Shown: piece by piece, positions 47,773-49,274 of the stretch
Layout of the letters: each line of letters starts with the position of its first letter
How positions within the stretch are numbered: the stretch's first letter is position 1
Assembly: GCA_001303705.1 (NCBI GenBank)
Contig: LJUI01000025.1
Span: forward strand, 1-49,274
Direction: 5' to 3'
DNA from: a candidate division TA06 bacterium SM23_40
Lineage (GTDB): Bacteria; LJUI01; SM1-40
DNA: 49,274 nucleotides
The notes under the pieces: model-generated
What the model saw: the letters and a program-made list of their open reading frames with translations, nothing else
What the model was told of the DNA's origin: nothing
Database searches by the model: none
Translations under genes and position numbers: made by a program

Positions 47773-48709
47773 GAATCGATCTCCCCTGGGTGGCACCGGG
47801 CCCGTGGCGTACCGCGGGCGGCTCTGTCTTCCAGCGCTCGTGGATCCATACCCACTGCTCGGGATGACACAGGATGTACTTCTCGACGGCCTTCGATAGC
47901 CGCTCAGTATTCTCTCTCAGGAGTTCTCTTTCCGTCCCCTCGGCGGCCAGTTCGATCGGTGCGCCGACTTCTATAATGTGCCGCCCGTCCCGATCCCGGT
48001 AGGTAGCCACCGGAACGACCGGAGCCCCGGTCCGCATTGCCAATGCTGCCGGTCCCACCGGGGTGCTGGCCTGCCGGCCCATGAAATCGACAAACACGCT
48101 CTCGACCCTCGTATCCTGATCGATGAGGACGCCCAGCGCCTCTCCTCTCCGCAGGCAGCGAAACGCTGTCCTCGCCCCGAGATCACGGTCGATGTTACGG
48201 ATCCCACGCTTCTCTCGATAGCCGACGACAAGTCTGTCGAGGCGGGGATCGTTGAGCCGCCGGGCGATCACGTTGACCGGTATCCCCTTCAGCGAGAAAT
48301 AGACCGGTATCAGTTCCCAATTGCCCAGGTGGCCGGTGACGGCGATCAGCCCCTTTCCTCTCGCGCGGGCCTGAAGAACCGTCTCCATTCCCCGGACTTC
48401 CACTATCCGGTCGACCTCCGCCATCCGCAAGATGGGGAGACGGGCCGCCTCCGCCGCATTTCTCGCCACCTCCACAAAGCTCCGGCGGGCCAGCTTCTTC
48501 CGCTCACGGAACGGGACCTGCTCTCCATACGCTATCTCTAAGTTGGAGAGGACACGCCGCCTCAGTCCCCCGGCGGACAGATAGATCAGATATCCCAGGA
48601 GGCCGAACAGGGTGAGGACGAGCCGGCGAGGCAGTCTCTGACTGAGCGTGATAAGGGTCCTCGCGAGAAGATAGAACGTCGCATGTCTCACCCTCTTCGA
48701 TATCGCCAT
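47747..48709 (-). CDS. Lipid A late acyltransferase (LpxL/HtrB family)
   Basis: GHLGNWE (HX4E), LIDQD, VDFMG, PEQWVWIHERWK. Confidence 0.88.
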   Translation of the reverse strand: MAISKRVRHATFYLLARTLITLSQRLPRRLVLTLFGLLGYLIYLSAGGLRRRVLSNLEIAYGEQVPFRERKKLARRSFVEVARNAAEAARLPILRMAEVDRIVEVRGMETVLQARARGKGLIAVTGHLGNWELIPVYFSLKGIPVNVIARRLNDPRLDRLVVGYREKRGIRNIDRDLGARTAFRCLRRGEALGVLIDQDTRVESVFVDFMGRQASTPVGPAALAMRTGAPVVPVATYRDRDGRHIIEVGAPIELAAEGTERELLRENTERLSKAVEKYILCHPEQWVWIHERWKTEPPAVRHGPGATQGRSIRVDRAIPS

Positions 48710-48755
48710 TCCCCGACTGATGCTCCCTCTGCTCCATTCACTATCGCAGCCTCAC

Positions 48756-49274
48756 CTACACGACACGGGCCTTCATGATGTCGTGGAGATGGATGATGCC
48801 GCACGGCGCACGCTTGCCGTCCGTGACGATGAGTGCGGTGATCCCGTGATTCTCCATCAACCGCGCAGCCCGGGCCGCCAACTCATCGGGAGCGATCGTC
48901 TTCGGCTGTTTGGTCATCACATCACGTGCCCGGAGTGAGAAGATGTCTTTCTTCCGTTCGAGCAGGCGGCGCAGGTCGCCGTCGGTGATCACGCCGACCA
49001 GCGCGCCGCGGCGATCGACGACACTCGTGATCCCGCGCTTGGCCGTCATCTCACTAATGGTCTCCCCCAGAGATGCACCTGCCGGGGTGATGGGAACTGC
49101 ATCGCCCACAAGCATCAGATCCCGGACGCGCAGGAGCGGTGCCCGCCCCAGGCTCCCTCCGGGATGGAGCTGGGCGAAGTCCTCGGGCTCGAACCCCCGC
49201 TCGTGGAGGAGGGAGATCGCCAGTGCGTCTCCCATCGCCAGTGCCGCCGCGGTGCTCGCGGTCGGGACCAGGCC
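48756..49274 (-). CDS. kdsD: Arabinose-5-phosphate isomerase KpsF/GutQ family (5' part outside window)
   Basis: GLVPTASTAAALAMGDALA, FAQLHPGGSLG, CBS pair with ITDGDLRR, IIHLHD. Confidence 0.93.
   Translation of the reverse strand, partial: GLVPTASTAAALAMGDALAISLLHERGFEPEDFAQLHPGGSLGRAPLLRVRDLMLVGDAVPITPAGASLGETISEMTAKRGITSVVDRRGALVGVITDGDLRRLLERKKDIFSLRARDVMTKQPKTIAPDELAARAARLMENHGITALIVTDGKRAPCGIIHLHDIMKARVV

Noticed and set aside
1-49274. CRISPR arrays, tRNA/rRNA, transposases, integrases, prophage or defence genes
   Set aside because: None recognised; nearly all sequence is accounted for by the CDSs listed and the intergenic gaps are short

Overview
High-GC (roughly 60-65% by eye), gene-dense chromosomal window from a diderm, LPS-producing bacterium. 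The SprA homologue, lipoprotein-type LptC and HprK suggest an FCB-superphylum lineage outside the classical Bacteroidota (inference). Almost everything is on the minus strand. (1) 1-25.7 kb is one apparently co-transcribed unit behind a perfect TTGACA-N17-TATAAT promoter: pilB-pilB-pilT-pilC-pilS-pilR, running with no pilin gene directly into a TPR-bearing O-antigen-ligase/O-OTase-family gene and a complete Wzx/undecaprenyl glycan cluster. That cluster holds a cupin epimerase, an SDR, two UDP-GlcNAc 2-epimerases, wzx, five glycosyltransferases (one frameshifted), WecA, a eukaryote-type UDP-galactopyranose-mutase-like flavoprotein and a second ligase. (2) 25.8-33.1 kb: sprA (T9SS translocon homologue), an M28 glutaminyl-cyclase-like gene with a broken 5' end, and comEA. 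(3) Divergent lptF-lptG on the plus strand. (4) 35.7-49.3 kb: housekeeping superoperon kdsD-lpxL-like-lptC-lptA-lptB-rpoN-gcvH-lipA-hpf-hprK-ptsH-ptsI-nucleotidyltransferase-metK-ahcY. No tRNA, rRNA, CRISPR or mobile element was recognised. The best candidates for new biology are a putative type IV pilus glycosylation operon with two ligases and two differently tuned PilB motors, and the SprA/glutaminyl-cyclase/ComEA linkage. All assignments come from motif recognition by eye; no database searches were run.
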